From Lingula anatina (taxonomy: Eukaryota; Animalia; Brachiopoda), in assembly GCA_051362555.1 (NCBI GenBank), contig CM120640.1:24910225-24974224 (forward strand): DNA of 64,000 nucleotides, written 5' to 3'. Shown one piece after another: positions 59,101-64,000 of the stretch (position 1 is the first letter of the stretch; each line of letters opens with the position of its first letter). Below the pieces are notes generated by a model. That model saw only the letters and a list, made by a program, of their open reading frames with translations, searched no databases and was not told the DNA's origin. The translations under genes and the position numbers were made by a program.

Positions 59101-62100
59101 CCACCCGGACATGGACTTCACTCTTGGATCCCAGCTCAGGTTAGTAAATTTTATTTTTTAGGGGTGTTGGGATGGGTAAATAGAAAAATTCTAATCTTGT
59201 TTTTCATTTCTTTTTACAGGACAAAGAAGATGATGAGTGACCCCACCCGGACATGGACTTCACTCTTGGATCCAAGCTTAGGTTAGTAACTTTCATTTTT
59301 TGGGGGTGGTGGGATGAGATAATTGAAATAATCTAATCTTGTTTTTCATTTCTTTTTACAGGACAAAGAAGATGATGAGCCCCCCCACCCGGACATGGAC
59401 TTCACTCTTGGATCCCAGCTAAGGTTGGTAAATTTTATTTTTTGGGGTTGGTGACATGAGTAAATTGAAAAAAGTTAATCTTGTTTTTCATTTCTTTTTA
59501 CAGGACAAAGAAGATGATGAGTGACCCCACCCGGACATGGACTTCATACTTGGATCCCAGCTCAGGTTAGTAAATTTTATTTTTTAGAGGTGGTGGGATG
59601 GGTACATTGAAAGAATCTAATCTTGTTTTTAATTTCTTTTAACAGGACAAAGAAGATGATGAGCGACCCCACCCGGACATGGACTTCACTCTTGGATCCC
59701 ACCTCAGGTTAGTTCATTTTATTTTTTAGGGGTGGTGGGATGGGTAAATTGAAAAAAAATTTAATATTGTTTGTCATTTCTTTTTACAGGACAAAGAAGA
59801 TGATGAGCAAATCAAATGGACATGGACTTCACTCTTGGATCCCTGCTAAGGTTAGTAAATTTAATTTTTTGGGGGTGGTGGGTTGGGTAAATTGAAAAAA
59901 TCTAATCTTGTTTTTCATTTCTTTTTACAGACAAAGAAGATGATGAGGGACCCCACCCAGACATGGACTTCACTCTTGGATCCAAGCTTAGGTTAGTAAC
60001 TTTCATTTTTTGGGGGTGGTGGGATGAGATAATTGAAATAATCTAATCTTGTTTTTCATTTCTTTTTACAGGACAAAGAAGATGATGAGCCACCCCACCC
60101 GGACATGGACTTCACTCTTGGATCCCAGCTAAGGTTAGTAAATTTTATTTTTTGGGGTTGGTGACATGAGTAAATTGAAAAAACTTTTTTTTTTTTCATT
60201 TCTTTTTACAGGACAAAGAAGATGATGAGTGACCCCACCCGGACATGGACTTCACTCTTGGATCCAAGCTTAGGTTAGTAACTTTCATTTTTTGGGGGTG
60301 GTGGGATGAGATAATTGAAATGATCTAATCTTGTTTTTCATTGCTTTTTACAGGACAAAGAAGATGATGAGCGACCCCACCCGGACATGGACTTCACTCT
60401 TGGATCCCAGCTAAGGTTAGTAAATTTTATTTTTTGGGGTTGGTGACATGAGTAAATTGAAAAAAGTTAATCTTGTTTTTAATTTCTTTTAACAGGACAA
60501 AGAAGATGATGAGTGACCCCACCCGGACATGGACTTCACTCTTGGATCCCACCTCAGGTTAGTTCATTTTATTTTTTAGGGGTGGTGGGATGGGTAAATT
60601 GATAAAAAATTTAATATTGTTTGTCATTTCTTTTGACAGGACAAAGAAGATGATGAGCAAATCAAATGGACATGGACTTTACTCTTGGATCCCTGCTAAG
60701 GTTAGTAAATTTTATTTTTTGGGGGTGGTGGGTTGGGTAAATTGAAAAAATCTAATCTTGTTTTTCATTTCTTTTTACAGACAAAGAAGATGATGAGGGA
60801 CCCCACCCAGACATGGACTTCACTCTTGGATCCAAGCTAAGGTTAGTAAATTTCATTTTTTATAGGTTGTGGGATGGGTAAATTGAAAGAATCTAATCTT
60901 CTTTTTCATTTCTTTTTACAGGACAAAGAAGATGATGAGCAACCCAACGTGGACATGGACTTCACTCTTGGATCCCTGATAGGGTTAGTAAATTTTATTT
61001 TTTTGGGTTGGTGGGATGGGTTAATTGAAAAAATCTAATCTTCTTTTTCATTTCTTTTAACAGGACAAAGAAGATGATGAGCGACCCCACCCGGACATGG
61101 ACTTTACTCTTGGATCCCAGCTAAGGTTAGTAAATTTCATTTTTTGGGGGTGGTGTGAAGAGATAATTGAAAAAATCTAATCTTGTTTGTCATTTCTTTT
61201 TACAGGACAAAGAGGATGATGAGCGACCCCACTTGGACATGGACTTCACTCTAGGATCCCAGCTAAGGTAAGTAAATTTCATTTTTTGGGGGTGGTGGGA
61301 TGAGATAATTGAAAAAATCTAATCTTGTTTTTCATTTCTTTTTACAGGACAAAGAAGATGATGAGCGACCCCACCTGGACATGGACTTCACTCTTGGATC
61401 CCAGCTCAGGTTAGTAAATTTTATTTTTGGGGGTGGTGACATGAGTAAATTGAAAAAACTTTTTTTTTTCATTTCTTTTTACAGGAAAAAGAAGATGATG
61501 AATGACCCCACCCGGACATGGACTTCATACTTGGATCCCAGCTCAGGTATGTGGGTATTACCTCCAATATTTCTGTGACTGTCAGTCACCATCATCAGTG
61601 ATTAGGGGCAATTGACCTGGATTTTCATTCCAGGTGAAATGACCCTAGTCATTTACTCCCTGATGATGGTGACTGACAGTCACAGAAATATTGGAGGTAA
61701 TACCCACATATTTTACAAGCTCTTGATAAAAAGAAAAACAGTAATTTGAATTTATACATACAGAGCTAATGAAACTGTTCTCTCATAAGGTTACTAAATT
61801 TTATTTTTTGGGGGTGGTGACATGAGTAAATTGAAAAAATCTAATCTTGTTTTTCATTTCTTTTTACAGGACAAAGAAGATGATGAGGGACCCCACCCAG
61901 ACATGGACTTCACTCTTGGATCCCAGATCAGGTTAGTAAATTTCATTTTTTGGGGGTGGGGGGATGAGATAATTGAAAAAATCTAATCTTGTTTTTCATT
62001 TCTTTTTACAGGAAAAAGAAGATGATGAGTGACCCCACCCGGACATGGACTTCACTCTTGGATCCCAGCTCAGGTTAGTAAATTTTATTTTTTAGTGGTG

Positions 62101-64000
62101 GTGGGATGGGTAAATAGAAAAATTCTAATCTTGTTTTTCATTTCTTTTTACAGGACAAAGAAGATGATGAGTGACCCCACCCGGACATGGACTTCACTCT
62201 TGGATCTAAGCTTAGGTTAGTAAATTTCATTTTTTGGGGTGGTGGGATGAGATAATTGAAAAAATCTAATCTTGTTTTTCATTTCTTTTTACAGGACAAA
62301 GAAGATGATGAGGGACCCCACCCGGACATGGACTTCACTCTTGGATCCAAGCTAAGGTTAGTAAATTTTATTTTTTTGGGGTGGTGGGATTGGTGAATAG
62401 AGAAAATCTAATCTTGTTTTTCATTTCTTTTTACAGGACAAAGAAGATGATGAGGGACCCCACCCGGACATGCACTTCACTCTTGGATCCCAGCTAAGGT
62501 TAGTAAATTTCATTTTTTGGGGATGGTTGGATGAGATAATTGAAAAAATCTAATCTTGTTTTTCATTTCTTTTTACAGGACAAAAAAGATGAGGAGCAAC
62601 CCCACCCGGACATGGACTTCACCCTTGGATCCCAGCTAAGGTTAGTAAATTTCATTTTTTGGGGGTGGTGGGTTGGGTAAATTGAAAAAATCTAATCTTG
62701 TTTTTCATTTCTTTTCACAGGAGGAAGAAGATGATGAGCGACCCCACCCGGACATGGACTTCACTCTTGGATCCCACCTCAGGTTAGTTCATTTTATTTT
62801 TTAGGGGTGGTGGGATGGGTAAATTGAAAAAAATTTAATATTGTTTGTCATTTCTTTTTACAGGACAAAAAGAAGATGAGGAGCAACCCCACCCGGACAT
62901 GGACTTCACTCTTGGATCCAAGCATAGGTTGGTAAATTTTATTTTTTTGGGGTGGTGGGATGGGTAAATTGAAAAAAATTTAATATTGTTTGTCATTTCT
63001 TTTTACAGGACAAAGAAGATGATGAGTGACGCCACCCGGACATGGACTTCACTCTTGGATCCAAGCAAAGGTTAGTAAATTTTATTTTTTGAGGGTAGTG
63101 GGAAAATCTAATCTTGTTTTTTTATTTCTTTTTACCTGATAAAGAAGATGATGAGGGACCCCTCCCGGACATGGACTTCACTCTTGGATCCCAGCTCAGG
63201 TTAGTAAATTTTATTTTTTAGAGGTGGTGGGATGGGTACATTGAAAGAATCTAATCTTGTTTTTCATTTCTTTTTACCTGATAAAGAAGATGATGAGGGA
63301 CCCCTCCCGGACATGGACTTCACTCTTGGATCCCAGTTCAGGTTAGTAAATTTTATTTTTTAGAGGTGGTGGGATGGGTACATTGAAAGAATCTAATCTT
63401 GTTTTTCATTTCTTTTTACCTGATAAAGAAGATGATGAGGGACCCCTCCCGGACATGGACTTCACTCTTGGATCCCAGCTCAGGTTAGTAAATTTTATTT
63501 TTTAGAGGTGGTGGGATGGGTACATTGAAAGAGTCTAATCTTGTTTTTCATTTCTTTTTACAGGTCAAAGAAGATGATGAGGGACCCCACCTGGACATGG
63601 ACTTCACTCTTGGATCCCAGCTAAGGTAAGTAAATTTCATTTTTTAGGGGTGGTTGGATGAGATAATTGAAAAAATCTAATCTTGTTTTTCATTTCTTTT
63701 TACAGGACAAAGAAGATGAGGAGCGACCCCACCCGGACATGGACTTCACCCTTGGATCCCAGCTAAGGTTAGTAAATTTCATTTTTTGGGGGTGGTGGGT
63801 TGGGTAAATTGAAAAAATCTAATCTTGTTTTTCATTTCTTTTCACAGGACGAAGAAGATGATGAGCAACCCAACTTGGACATGGAGTTCCCTCTTTGATC
63901 CAAGCTAAGGTTAGTAAATTTTATTTTTTGGGGGTGGTGGGATGAGATAATTGAAAAAATCTAATCTTGTTTTTCATTTCTTTTTACAGGACAAAGAAGA
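47190..64000 (+). repeat. Tandem array of about 115 units of ~142 bp, each with exon-intron architecture; runs off the window end
   Basis: Consensus: GACAAAGAAGATGATGAGCGACCCCACCCGGACATGGACTTCACTCTTGGATCCCAGCTAAG (62 nt) | gttagtaaattttattttttgggggtggtgggatgggtaaattgaaaaaatctaatcttgtttttcatttctttttacag (~80 nt). First exon-like segment starts at 47268; others at 47700, 47842, 47983. Copy number is estimated from length divided by period. Confidence 0.98.
61548..61710. mobile_element. 163 bp palindromic insertion (TA-bounded MITE-like) inside the array
   Basis: 61548-61598 and 61660-61710 are perfect 51 nt inverted repeats (TATGTGGGTATTACCTCCAATATTTCTGTGACTGTCAGTCACCATCATCAG). The spacer is also partly self-complementary (ACCTGGA/TCCAGGT). 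Confidence 0.88.

Noticed and set aside
47268-64000. Array as a CRISPR-like repeat-spacer locus
   Set aside because: Both halves of each unit are homologous across copies, so there are no unique spacers. There are no cas genes and the context is eukaryotic.
47268-64000. Array as the coding region of a repetitive acidic protein or neuropeptide precursor
   Set aside because: 62 nt exons shift frame at each junction and hit TGA by the third exon. Unspliced ORFs are under 90 aa. There is no signal peptide or regular dibasic cleavage site.

Overview
AT-rich, intron-containing animal DNA; the repeat types suggest a lophotrochozoan such as a mollusc, but the species cannot be named from this window. 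Positions 1-38 kb hold a compact gene block read from splice sites and recognisable peptides: the 3' end of a KANK ankyrin-repeat gene (+), then three head-to-head pairs: an Isy1-like gene (-) with GTF2F1 (+), FBXO4 (-) with RPL37 (+), and DDA1 (-) with COPS2 (+). The DDA1 and COPS2 start codons are only 62 bp apart. Non-autonomous DNA transposons are scattered through the window: nested TTA-TSD elements, a TTAA-TSD family, a 2.1 kb composite element, and a Helentron/HINE-like element. The last ~16.8 kb (47.2 kb to the end) is a tandem array of about 115 copies of a ~142 bp unit. Each unit reads as a 62 nt exon plus an ~80 nt GT-AG intron with branch point, pyrimidine tract and G-runs. Spliced in series the exons cannot encode a long protein. 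The array has higher-order repeat structure and one palindromic insertion at a donor site. It is the most unusual feature here. Gene identities come from recalled family sequences; no database search was run.
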